IMG/VR virus record: IMGVR_UViG_3300029319_008466
Coordinates: 1-64,000 of that record
Strand: one strand, 5' to 3'
Source: a virus
DNA length: 64,000 bases
Below the pieces are notes generated by a model. That model was given only the letters and a program-made list of their open reading frames with translations. It was not told the origin of the DNA and searched no databases. This document shows, piece after piece, positions 26,026 to 35,214 of the stretch. Within the stretch, counting starts at the first letter, position 1. Each line of letters starts with the position of its first letter. Position numbers and translations under genes: made by a program.

Positions 26026-27193
26026 ATTTAACTGGTCGTTAATTAATGACAACATCACCATTGAAGATAAGCTGGCAATGGTTTCGTTTATATCTGCACC
26101 AAATGTGAGATTTACAAATGGAGCCAAGGTCAGAGAATTCGAATCAGCATGGTCGGAATGGGAGGGTGTTAAAAATACCACATTTGTAAACTCTGGAGCC
26201 AGCGCCAATTATATTATGATGTCTGTCGTTAAAGAGTTGAAAGGCGCAGGCGAGGTTGTTGTTCCCCCTCTCGGCTGGGTTTCTGATATCTCTCCTGTTG
26301 TTAATTTAGGAATGACCCCTGTGTTTGTTGACATTGACCCTAAAACACTTTGCATCAGTTATGAAAACATAGTACAAGCAGTTACTGAAGAAACAGTGGC
26401 TATTGTTATTGTGCATGCTTTGGGGTTTAATGGTATTGATCAACGAATTATTGATTTTGCAAAAGAAAGACAAATCATACTTATTGAGGATTGTTGTGAA
26501 GCCCACGGCGCGACATATAATGGACAAAGAGTAGGTAGCTTTGGAGATATGTCTAATTTTTCGTTTTATTTTGGACATCATATTACTACAATTGAGGGCG
26601 GCGTTGTTTGTACAAACAACGACACGCTTCATGAGTATGTGAGACTTTTTCGTTCGCATGGCATGACGAGAGAAACATCAGCACAATTTCAAAAAGAATA
26701 TCAAGAAAAGTATCCTAATTTAAATCCGTTATTCACTTTTGCCGTACCGGGATATAATATGAGAAATGCAGAAATTAATGCAGTTTTAGGTCTGCAACAA
26801 ATGAAAAGACTTGATTACAATATCCAAAGAAGAATTGATAATATGAAATTATGGAATTCGAGTTTGAATTCTGCAATTTATTATACTGATTTTATTTTGG
26901 AAGGTAATAGCAACTTTGCATTGCCGCTTGTTTTGAGGCAACCTAATAAAGAAAGATTTAATAATATTTGCTCCATTTTGGAACAAGAGAGGGTAGAATA
27001 TCGAACGGGCACAGCGGGTGGTGGTAATCAAACGTTGCAACCTTATTTGGTGGAAGGTAAGTACGATTATAGAGTAGTCGGCGATCTAGATTATGTAAAC
27101 CACATCCACCACTATTCTTTATATATTGGGAACCACCCAGAATTAAAAGATAAACAAATTATTGAATTATGTAATAGGATTAACAATGTTTAA
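26012..27193 (+). CDS. PLP-dependent sugar C3-dehydratase (ColD-like, DegT/DnrJ family)
   Basis: VNSGASAN, EDCCEAHGA, FSFYFGHHITTIEGG (His replaces Lys), RSHG, PGYNMR. Confidence 0.83.
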   Translation: MSQNKFNWSLINDNITIEDKLAMVSFISAPNVRFTNGAKVREFESAWSEWEGVKNTTFVNSGASANYIMMSVVKELKGAGEVVVPPLGWVSDISPVVNLGMTPVFVDIDPKTLCISYENIVQAVTEETVAIVIVHALGFNGIDQRIIDFAKERQIILIEDCCEAHGATYNGQRVGSFGDMSNFSFYFGHHITTIEGGVVCTNNDTLHEYVRLFRSHGMTRETSAQFQKEYQEKYPNLNPLFTFAVPGYNMRNAEINAVLGLQQMKRLDYNIQRRIDNMKLWNSSLNSAIYYTDFILEGNSNFALPLVLRQPNKERFNNICSILEQERVEYRTGTAGGGNQTLQPYLVEGKYDYRVVGDLDYVNHIHHYSLYIGNHPELKDKQIIELCNRINNV

Positions 27194-28145
27194 AAATAAA
27201 AGAGTGCTTGTAACCGGCGGCCACGGCATGATTGGTCGTGAGTTGGTGAAATTGTTGGTTGACCTTGGCGCACTTGTAACAGTCGCAGATATTAGTGAAA
27301 ACACAAATCTTGAAGGAGTTGAATATAAACAAGTCGATTTATGCTTTTTTGACCAATGTATGGAAGTTTGTAAGGACCAGGAGATTGTTTTTAATTTAGC
27401 GGGCATTAAAGGTTCTCCAAAAATGTGCGCAGAACAACCCGCAGATTTTATGGTACCCATGCTTCAATTCAACACAAACATGATGGAAGCCGCCATGAAG
27501 CACGAAGTCGAGTGGTATTTATATACAAGCTCAGTCGGTGTATACAAGCCCGCAGAAGTCTTAAAAGAAGACGATGTTTGGTCCACGTTCCCATCGCCAA
27601 ATGACAGATTTGCCGGATGGGCAAAAAGAATTGGAGAATTGCAAGCTGAAGCATATGCGATCCAACATGGTAAAAGCAATATATCAATTGTTAGACCTGC
27701 AAATGTGTATGGAAATAATGACAACTTTAATCCAGCAAACGCCATGGTTATTCCTTCGTTAATTAGAAAGGCTCATGAAAATGATGTTCTTGAGGTATGG
27801 GGTGATGGAACGGCAATCCGTGATTTTATTCATGCCAAAGATGTTGCACTGGGAATGCTCCACGTTGTTGAAAACGGAATTACAAAGCCCGTTAACTTAG
27901 GTAGTGGAGATGGCGTTGCGATTAAAACTATTGCTGAAATTGTTGCAAAGAGATTTGGTAAGGAAATAAAGTGGCTAACTGACAAGCCCACAGGAGACGC
28001 CAGAAGAGTTTTTGATATGAGCAGGGCGTATGATTGTGGATTTAAACCAAGTGTTAGTGTTGAGAATGGCATTAATGATACAATTGATTGGTTTTTAGAA
28101 AATAAGGAAATAATCGACAAGAGATATAATGCCTTTACAAAATGA
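27186..28145 (+). CDS. GDP-fucose-synthase-like extended SDR
   Basis: TGGHGMIG, SSVGVY, RPANVYG.DNF, VWGDG...RDFIH. The YxxxK motif reads AGWAK. Confidence 0.82.
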   Translation: MFKNKRVLVTGGHGMIGRELVKLLVDLGALVTVADISENTNLEGVEYKQVDLCFFDQCMEVCKDQEIVFNLAGIKGSPKMCAEQPADFMVPMLQFNTNMMEAAMKHEVEWYLYTSSVGVYKPAEVLKEDDVWSTFPSPNDRFAGWAKRIGELQAEAYAIQHGKSNISIVRPANVYGNNDNFNPANAMVIPSLIRKAHENDVLEVWGDGTAIRDFIHAKDVALGMLHVVENGITKPVNLGSGDGVAIKTIAEIVAKRFGKEIKWLTDKPTGDARRVFDMSRAYDCGFKPSVSVENGINDTIDWFLENKEIIDKRYNAFTK

Positions 28146-28869
28146 TAAAGTTTTAATCACCGGCACTAAAAGCGGACTCGGTAAGTATTTGTCAAAGCAG
28201 TTTACTGAGTGTTTTTGCCTCAACAGGGAAAACAAACAAGATGTTATAGATAAGGCGCTACAAGTACAATTAATTGTTCATTGTGCCTTTAACACAAAGC
28301 AAGACGCCAACACATATCAATTGTTAAAAGATAATATATTTTTAACAGAACAGTTGTGCAATTTAAGTTTAAGCCGCTTCTTTGACAACAAGTTTGTATA
28401 TATTTCTTCCGTTGATGTGCATAATAAGAAAAAAACAAATTATAACACCATGAAGCTTTATGCAGAGTCTATTGTTAAAAATCATTGTAATAATTATTTG
28501 ATCCTAAGATGTCCCGCACTGTTGGGTGCCGACATGAGAAAAAACAATTTTCTCAAAATTGTTGAAGATAAAAATCCTAAACTATCTTTGACAAAAGAAT
28601 CAAGCTTTAATTTTATAACACACCATGATATACTTAAAATCATAAGATATGCTTATAATAACAACATAAGCGGCACCTATGATGTTGTTTCGCATGGAGA
28701 TATTACTTTAGAACAAGTTGCCTCGATGTGTAAAAAATCTTGTTCATTTGGTGATTACACATACAATACACCAAACGTCACTAATCAAAAACTTCTTGCT
28801 GATTTTGATTTTATGAATAAAAGTTCTGTGCAAGTGGTACAAAAATTTATAAAGGAACACTATGGCTGA
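28129..28869 (+). CDS. NAD-dependent epimerase/reductase (short extended SDR)
   Basis: ITGTKSGLG, HCAF, ISSVDV, YNTMK. Confidence 0.78.
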   Translation: MPLQNDKVLITGTKSGLGKYLSKQFTECFCLNRENKQDVIDKALQVQLIVHCAFNTKQDANTYQLLKDNIFLTEQLCNLSLSRFFDNKFVYISSVDVHNKKKTNYNTMKLYAESIVKNHCNNYLILRCPALLGADMRKNNFLKIVEDKNPKLSLTKESSFNFITHHDILKIIRYAYNNNISGTYDVVSHGDITLEQVASMCKKSCSFGDYTYNTPNVTNQKLLADFDFMNKSSVQVVQKFIKEHYG

Positions 28870-29833
28870 AAAACAAAAAATGTTAATCTGCGGTGCTACA
28901 GGGTTTATAGGGAGAAATTTACTTGAAAGGTATTGCTATGACGAAAAATATTCAGTTCGAGCAGTTTATAACATAAAACCAGCGCTGGAACAATACAATG
29001 TAGAGTGGGTTCATGCTGATTTAAACAATATTAAAGATGTAAGGCGCGTTTTGCAGGATATCGATATTGTGTTACAGTTTGCGGCAACAACATCTGGGGC
29101 GAACGATATTATTAATCGTCCGCACATACATGTTACAGATAATGCTGTCATGAATAGTTTGATTTTAAGAGAATGTTACGAACAGCATATAAAACACGTT
29201 GTTTTTCCAAGCTGTACGGTCATGTACCAACCAGCAGATTATGCTCAAAAAGAATCTGATTGGAATGCACAGGATGAAATATTTCACACCTATTTTGGAG
29301 TTGGAAATACAAAAGTATATATTGAGAAAATGTGTGATTTCTTTTCTAGATTAGGCAGGACTAAACACACAGTGATGAGACATTCAAACATGTATGGACC
29401 TTATGATAAATATGACTTGGAGCGCTCACATGTTTTTGGCGCAACAGTAACAAAGGTTATGACAAACACAAGTGGCATTCTTAATGTTTGGGGCACCGGG
29501 GAAGGCGCAAGAGACCTGTTGCATGTAGATGATTTAGTTAACTTTATTGATTGCGCTATAGAGAAGCAAGAATCTAATTATGAACTCTTTAATGTTGGGC
29601 TGGGCAAAGCTACAAAAATAATAGATTTAATCAAAAGCATTATTCATCATTCAGGAAAAAACCTGCAAATAGAATATGATTTATCTAAACCTACAATACC
29701 CACTTCTTTGTTTCTTGATTGTACAAAGGCAAAAGAACTTCTCGGGTGGGAGCCACAAATCTCTATAGATAAGGGAATTGTTAGAACATTACAGTGGTAT
29801 AAAAATAACATTATGGATAAAACAAATGAGTAA
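28862..29833 (+). CDS. GDP-fucose-synthase-like extended SDR
   Basis: CGATGFIG, PSCTVMY, SNMYGPYD, VWGTG...RDLLH. The YxxxK motif reads VGNTK. Confidence 0.82.
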   Translation: MAEKQKMLICGATGFIGRNLLERYCYDEKYSVRAVYNIKPALEQYNVEWVHADLNNIKDVRRVLQDIDIVLQFAATTSGANDIINRPHIHVTDNAVMNSLILRECYEQHIKHVVFPSCTVMYQPADYAQKESDWNAQDEIFHTYFGVGNTKVYIEKMCDFFSRLGRTKHTVMRHSNMYGPYDKYDLERSHVFGATVTKVMTNTSGILNVWGTGEGARDLLHVDDLVNFIDCAIEKQESNYELFNVGLGKATKIIDLIKSIIHHSGKNLQIEYDLSKPTIPTSLFLDCTKAKELLGWEPQISIDKGIVRTLQWYKNNIMDKTNE

Positions 29834-30839
29834 AAAAGTTGCGCTAATTACTGGAATAACGGGAATGGTTGGTTCCCATCTGGTTGATTATTTGCTTGAC
29901 AATACCGATTGGCAAATCCATGGATTTCTAAGATGGAATGATAGGCTTGATAATATAGAACATTTAATTCCCTTAATCAACAAAGAAGAAAGAATAAAAT
30001 TATTTTATGGAGATCTTAACGATCTAAGTTCTTTGCTTACTTTGGTCCAGAGTTCTAATCCAGATTATGTTTTTCACTTGGCAGCGCAAAGTTACCCTCG
30101 AACAAGTTTTGATGCACCTTTAGAAACATTAGAAACAAACATCTTAGGTACGGCAAAGTTGTTAGACGCAATTAGAACCCTGGGTAAGAATCCGATAATT
30201 CACGTCTGTGCCTCATCCGAGGTTTTTGGGCGCGTACCAAAAGAGTTTTTGCCAATTCACGAAGATGTAACTTTCCACCCAGCTTCTCCTTACGCTATAT
30301 CTAAAGTTGGAACTGATTTAGTTGGAAGATTTTATGCCGAAGCTTATGATATGACAGTAATGACAACTCGCATGTTTACACATACCGGCCCACGCCGTGG
30401 GGATGTGTTTGCAGAATCAACTTTTGCGAAACAAATAGCCTTAATTGAAAGCGGACTGCTTCCCCCGGTCGTACAAGTTGGCAATTTAGATTCAATGAGA
30501 ACATGGGCTGATGTCAGAGATGCGGTTAGAGCTTATCATCTGCTTGTTACTAAAAATCCAATCCCAGGTGAATACTATAATATTGGCGGTACATTTTCTT
30601 GCACCATAGGCGATATGTTAAAGTACTTAATAAGCTTGTCCACCGTAGAGCATATAAGGATTAAAACAGACCCTAATCGACTTCGACCAATCGATGCAGA
30701 TCTGCAAATACCTGATACACAAAAATTTACAAACCACACTGGGTGGGTTCCTGAGATTTCTTTTCAAAAAACAATGGAAGACTTGTTAAACTACTGGAGA
30801 AAGCAGGTAAAAAGCGGGAGAGGGTTCCTTAAGCGATAA
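29826..30839 (+). CDS. gmd: GDP-sugar 4,6-dehydratase (Gmd family; resembles the WcbK/DmhA heptose type)
   Basis: ITGITGMVG, HLAAQSYP.TSF, SSEVFG, SPYAISK, THTGPRR.DVF.ES.FAKQIA, GNL...R.W.D.RD. Confidence 0.85.
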   Translation: MSKKVALITGITGMVGSHLVDYLLDNTDWQIHGFLRWNDRLDNIEHLIPLINKEERIKLFYGDLNDLSSLLTLVQSSNPDYVFHLAAQSYPRTSFDAPLETLETNILGTAKLLDAIRTLGKNPIIHVCASSEVFGRVPKEFLPIHEDVTFHPASPYAISKVGTDLVGRFYAEAYDMTVMTTRMFTHTGPRRGDVFAESTFAKQIALIESGLLPPVVQVGNLDSMRTWADVRDAVRAYHLLVTKNPIPGEYYNIGGTFSCTIGDMLKYLISLSTVEHIRIKTDPNRLRPIDADLQIPDTQKFTNHTGWVPEISFQKTMEDLLNYWRKQVKSGRGFLKR

Positions 30840-31583
30840 ATGAAACAATCAAAGAAAATACTTGTAATTGGTGAAAGCTGTAGAGACATCTTTAACTACG
30901 GTACGTGCAAAAGACTATGCCCAGAGGCACCTGCTCCTATTTTTAATCCACAAAATACAATTGAAAATGGCGGCATGGCTCTAAATGTGTACAACAATGT
31001 GGCATCCCTATCAGTCGAAGTCGATATTCAGACTAACAAAAATTGGGCAGATATTACAAAAACTAGATTTATAGAAACATCATCAAATCATATGTTTATG
31101 AGGGTCGATGTTGGTGATCACACATACACTTTAAGTGATATAAAAAATATTAAATATGATGAATACCATGCAATTATTATTTCAGATTACAATAAGGGGT
31201 ATATCAGTGAAGAGCAAATACAAGAAATATCATTAAACCACAATCGTGTTTTCTTAGACACAAAAAAGATTTTAGGAGCTTGGTGTAAAGACGTACATTT
31301 TATTAAAATTAATGAACAAGAGTATTTAAAAAACAAATATTTCATAACAGAAAACCTTCTTGATAAAACAATAATCACCCTTGGGCCCAAAGGGGCAAGC
31401 TTTAAAAATATTGTGTATCCTGTTGCAAAAGTCGAAATTAGAGACGTTGCTGGCGCAGGAGATTCTTTTATTGCCGGTCTGGTTGTTAAATACATTCAAG
31501 ATGAAAATATAATAGATGCAATAAAATTTGCTAATTCTTGTGCAACCAGGGTGGTTCAAAAACGAGGCGTGAGCATTGTATGA
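30840..31583 (+). CDS. PfkB-family kinase, HldE/RfaE domain I
   Basis: RLCPEAPAP, GG.A.NV, TKTRF, ISDYNKG, DVAGAGDSF. Confidence 0.85.
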   Translation: MKQSKKILVIGESCRDIFNYGTCKRLCPEAPAPIFNPQNTIENGGMALNVYNNVASLSVEVDIQTNKNWADITKTRFIETSSNHMFMRVDVGDHTYTLSDIKNIKYDEYHAIIISDYNKGYISEEQIQEISLNHNRVFLDTKKILGAWCKDVHFIKINEQEYLKNKYFITENLLDKTIITLGPKGASFKNIVYPVAKVEIRDVAGAGDSFIAGLVVKYIQDENIIDAIKFANSCATRVVQKRGVSIV

Positions 31584-31990
31584 CAACAATATGGACAAAC
31601 GGCTGTTTTGATGTGTTACATAGGGGGCATATAGAACTATTTAAATATGCAAAATCTTTGGGAACCAAATTGGTCGTCGGTATCGATTCCGACGATAAAG
31701 TGGCAAAAGATAAAGGCAGCAATAGACCTATAAATTACGCTAAAGATAGAAAGTTTATTTTAGAATCTATAAAATATATTGATGAAGTATTGATCTTTAA
31801 ATCAGCCCATGAATTAGAAAATTTAATTAAAAACACAAAACCGGATATAATGATAGTGGGATCCGATTGGAAAAACAAGAACGTTGTGGGTGAGCAATTT
31901 GCTGGAAAACTGCTGTTCTTTGATCGAGTCGGAAATTATTCAACTACAAATATTCTAAAACAAAAAGGAAACAACAACAATGACAAATAA
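31580..31990 (+). CDS. Nucleotidyltransferase, HldE/RfaE domain II
   Basis: NGCFDVLHRGH, KG.NRPIN, GSDW, YSTT. ATGA overlap at 31580. Confidence 0.88.
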   Translation: MTTIWTNGCFDVLHRGHIELFKYAKSLGTKLVVGIDSDDKVAKDKGSNRPINYAKDRKFILESIKYIDEVLIFKSAHELENLIKNTKPDIMIVGSDWKNKNVVGEQFAGKLLFFDRVGNYSTTNILKQKGNNNNDK

Positions 31991-32261
31991 TACATTTAAA
32001 TTATCAGATCAAGCTTTGGGAGCAATTATGATGGCCCTCCAGCATTCTTTGATGAACCAGACAGATATTGTTCCAGTTTTAAAAGATTTTGATCTTGTAA
32101 ATACAGCAGACGGCTTGATTGTTCAAGCACCGCCTTCAGTAGTATTTAATGATCCAGACTGTGAAGTTCCAGGTCTTATAGGCGATGGCACAGAGGAGAG
32201 AAAATCAGGAGGCGAAGTGTTTGCAAACTATCTTAAAGAATTAGAAAAGAGTGGAGTGTAA
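31980..32261 (+). CDS. Hypothetical phage protein
   Basis: 93-aa ORF containing LSDQALGAIMMALQ.SL..QTDIVPVL. Confidence 0.7.
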   Translation: MTNNTFKLSDQALGAIMMALQHSLMNQTDIVPVLKDFDLVNTADGLIVQAPPSVVFNDPDCEVPGLIGDGTEERKSGGEVFANYLKELEKSGV

Positions 32262-32271
32262 TTAAAAAAAG

Positions 32272-32547
32272 ATGCCAAAATACATATATAGATGTATTGA
32301 GTGCGATCAGGTATATGAGATCGTCCATGGCTTTAATGAGACTATTGAGTCATGTGGGCAAATCAATGATGAGAGCAAGTGCGATATCGAATCACCACTT
32401 GAAAGAATACCTCAGAATATAAACTATGCAAAGAAAATAGAACGAAAACCACAAGCAGGTCAAGTGGTTAATGAATTTATAAAGAATACAAAAAAAGATA
32501 TTCGAGAGTATAAGAAAGAAATGAAAGACTGGAAGCCCAAAAAATGA
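32272..32547 (+). CDS. FmdB-like zinc-ribbon protein
   Basis: MPKY.YRC..C....E..H and a second Cys pair. Confidence 0.7.
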   Translation: MPKYIYRCIECDQVYEIVHGFNETIESCGQINDESKCDIESPLERIPQNINYAKKIERKPQAGQVVNEFIKNTKKDIREYKKEMKDWKPKK

Positions 32548-32861
32548 ATTTTTTATTTTTTACAATTTTGATATTTTCAATAGTACTTAACGCTATGCTG
32601 ATTTGGTATACCAAGAAGTTACTACAAAAATTATCATTTGTATATGACAACATAGAGGCAATGAAAACTTTAAATACGCCTTTCTTAGAACATATTCAAG
32701 GTCTTAACGAAATGGAGATGTACTATGGAGATCCAACGCTACAAGGGTTATTGGATCATGCAAGTTATATAACAGAGCAATATAGCATATTTAGTGAAAT
32801 ATTTGATGAGTTGCAATTTGGGGTAGAAGAAATACAGCAGGAACAGGAAAAAGATGCCTAG
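32544..32861 (+). CDS. Membrane-anchored hypothetical protein
   Basis: N-terminal hydrophobic helix, EMYYGDPTL motif, acidic tail. Confidence 0.65.
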   Translation: MNFLFFTILIFSIVLNAMLIWYTKKLLQKLSFVYDNIEAMKTLNTPFLEHIQGLNEMEMYYGDPTLQGLLDHASYITEQYSIFSEIFDELQFGVEEIQQEQEKDA

Positions 32862-33543
32862 AAAAAAGAAGTCAGGTAGACACTATTTTACCAAAGACCA
32901 CGAAAATGCAATCATACAGTATGTTGCAACAGATGATCAGAAACTAAGAACACAACTTTATATTGACTACATTGGACCAGCATTTAATGAAATGGTTGAT
33001 AAGATAGTTTATACATACAAGTTTACCACCCTTCCAAACATAGATGCTCTTAAAGATGAGTGTAAAGTTTGGCTCACAACAATTTTGGACAAGTATGACC
33101 CAAGCAAGGGGTCTAAAGCATTTTCTTATTTTAGCGTGATTACAAAAAATTGGTTTATTCACAAAGTTAAGAAAAATGCCAAAAGAGCTAGAGTTGAGGT
33201 TCTGTATGACGAGCTACCAAAAGAGATAGAAAATGAGCACATTGTATCTAATAACAAATATCACGAAACCCGCGAGGAGCGAGAGTTTTGGAAGTTTCTT
33301 TGGGTAGAGATGGAAAGCTGGGACACTGGTAACTTAAAAGAAAATGAAAAAAAAGTATTAGAGGCTATTAAAATACTTCTTGACTCAATCGACGAAGAGG
33401 GGATGATTTATAATAAAAAAGCAATATATCTTTATCTACGAGAAATTACCGGTCTTAACACAAAACAGATTGTCAACAATCTTAATAAACTTCGTATAAA
33501 GTATCGTATATTTAAGAAAAATTGGGTTAATGGCAAAATATAA
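32854..33543 (+). CDS. Phage sigma factor, T4 gp55-like (late)
   Basis: KYDPSKGSKAFSYFSVITKNWF resembles the sigma region 2 / gp55 motif. It has a C-terminal HTH-like segment and sits at the head of the structural block. Confidence 0.6.
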   Translation: MPRKKKSGRHYFTKDHENAIIQYVATDDQKLRTQLYIDYIGPAFNEMVDKIVYTYKFTTLPNIDALKDECKVWLTTILDKYDPSKGSKAFSYFSVITKNWFIHKVKKNAKRARVEVLYDELPKEIENEHIVSNNKYHETREEREFWKFLWVEMESWDTGNLKENEKKVLEAIKILLDSIDEEGMIYNKKAIYLYLREITGLNTKQIVNNLNKLRIKYRIFKKNWVNGKI

Positions 33544-33555
33544 ACTTCGTCGCTT

Positions 33556-33562
33556 CTAATTA
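33556..33562 (+). promoter_or_regulatory. Candidate late promoter CTAATTA
   Basis: Intergenic copy of the recurrent (C)TAWTTA motif. Confidence 0.45.
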
Positions 33563-33580
33563 TTATGGAGCACGAATATC

Positions 33581-33868
33581 ATGAAAAAAACAGACAACTA
33601 TCTTGATGAAGCTATTGAAAACATTCGCAAAGATCGCGAGATTACAAAAGAACTGTTAAACGATTTAATAATATATCTAAGCAAAGACGAAGCACGCCAC
33701 ACGGAAGTCGGCACCGTTGCTGCTAAATATGTTGAAACACTTCAACGATCCAATGAACAGCTTGTAAAAGTTGTTACACTGTTAGAGAAAAAAAAGAGTA
33801 CGTCCGTTGGTTTAACTGATGATGATAAGTCGGAAATATTCGACTTGCTAAACGGGGATGCAAACTAA
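33581..33868 (+). CDS. Hypothetical coiled-coil protein
   Basis: 95-aa helical ORF with a GGAG SD. Confidence 0.7.
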   Translation: MKKTDNYLDEAIENIRKDREITKELLNDLIIYLSKDEARHTEVGTVAAKYVETLQRSNEQLVKVVTLLEKKKSTSVGLTDDDKSEIFDLLNGDAN

Positions 33869-35202
33869 TGGCAACGTGGCCGACAAAAGCTTTAATTTTT
33901 GAAGATATTATTGATACAATACTTTCGGAACTTGAGCACAATTCCCCACGAACTACATCAAGACATTATGGTTTTCAAGCCAACGAAAGCACAGCTTTGC
34001 GCGGCTTGGTTAATGAGGTTGAGAGAATAAAAATAAATTCCCGCGCGAGTACAGAATACACCGGAATTGTCTTAGAATATGTAAACAGAGGACCAGATGG
34101 ACCAACTCCCTCACGAAGTGCAACAAATTCATCGAAAAACAATCTAAGACCCACTGCTATTCCTTATCGTGTTGCAGCAAGTAATGAAGGAGACGACAGT
34201 TTGGTAGCTAATGCACTATTAAATACTCGTCCGAAATATCCTGAATTTAGAGTATATGTACCCTATTTTGATTTGAAGGTTTCCGGGGCTCCACCTCAAA
34301 TAAGAAACAATGTTCTTGTAAATTCTGCAAACTATCGAACATGTGTGATTTTAGATGAAAATTTAATTGGAAAAGCCCCGCCTGTTGGGTCTCTTGTTAA
34401 AGTAAAATATACAAATCCAACCGAACAACAAGGGTTATATCTTTCTTCAATAATTACATCAGACCAGCGTTTTGTGAAAGCAATAACAGCCCAAATGACA
34501 GTCGAAAACACTGCACAAGAAGCATTTGAATGTGAAGGCGCATGCGATGAAGTGCAGCATGCAACCGGTGATCCAATTGGCTCAGAAGCCGGGTATCCAG
34601 AAGAGTTTTATATTAATGGGCACCTTCTTTATCCATTTAGAGAAAACGAGCAAGTTAATTTAATAGTGTTTTATCATGGTATTGGCTATGGCAACCAAGC
34701 CTATGTTTTAAAAAAAATACAAGAAATTGAAGAAGCAAACCCCGACGTTTTTGCCAATAGTATGTTCTTGGTTCCAAATGGATATGCCACAAGCCTCAAA
34801 GTTGTTAATGGGGTAATTGATACGTTGTCCGAAACTCATAACGTAACAATAAACAATAAAAGCTTAGGGGGCTGGAGCGCCGGTTCGATTGGCTTTATGA
34901 CTGCGTATAGTGAAGATGGAAGCTTAGAGGGCACTTGGGATAGGACAATGTTAGCCGATCCATCTCCAGACATAGCTGCTTTTGGTGAAAATCAAGAGAT
35001 TATTCCAAAAAATGTATATATGCTCTATAATCCAGACAACTGGGGTGAGACTGAAAATATGCCCGATCTTTCAAATAGGCAAGAAAAACTAGCAGAAAAC
35101 ATTAAACAAGCCGGAGGTACAGCCGAGCTTTCGAATGACAGTCATGGCAAAATTTTAACAACTGTATTAAAACAAATTGGACCCACCACTTCATGGAATT
35201 AA
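33868..35202 (+). CDS. Baseplate-region protein with a C-terminal alpha/beta-hydrolase-like domain
   Basis: N-terminal half has the OB-like PPVGSLVKV. C-terminal half has VFYHG, the GWSAG nucleophile elbow, ADP and a late His (DSHG). Confidence 0.55.
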   Translation: MATWPTKALIFEDIIDTILSELEHNSPRTTSRHYGFQANESTALRGLVNEVERIKINSRASTEYTGIVLEYVNRGPDGPTPSRSATNSSKNNLRPTAIPYRVAASNEGDDSLVANALLNTRPKYPEFRVYVPYFDLKVSGAPPQIRNNVLVNSANYRTCVILDENLIGKAPPVGSLVKVKYTNPTEQQGLYLSSIITSDQRFVKAITAQMTVENTAQEAFECEGACDEVQHATGDPIGSEAGYPEEFYINGHLLYPFRENEQVNLIVFYHGIGYGNQAYVLKKIQEIEEANPDVFANSMFLVPNGYATSLKVVNGVIDTLSETHNVTINNKSLGGWSAGSIGFMTAYSEDGSLEGTWDRTMLADPSPDIAAFGENQEIIPKNVYMLYNPDNWGETENMPDLSNRQEKLAENIKQAGGTAELSNDSHGKILTTVLKQIGPTTSWN

Positions 35203-35214
35203 AAGGAGAAAAAA

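Noticed and set aside
4202-31990. Ordinary bacterial O-antigen or capsule locus
   Set aside because: It has no export, polymerase or initiating membrane genes and is contiguous and coupled with phage genes on both sides. A chimeric assembly cannot be excluded without reads.
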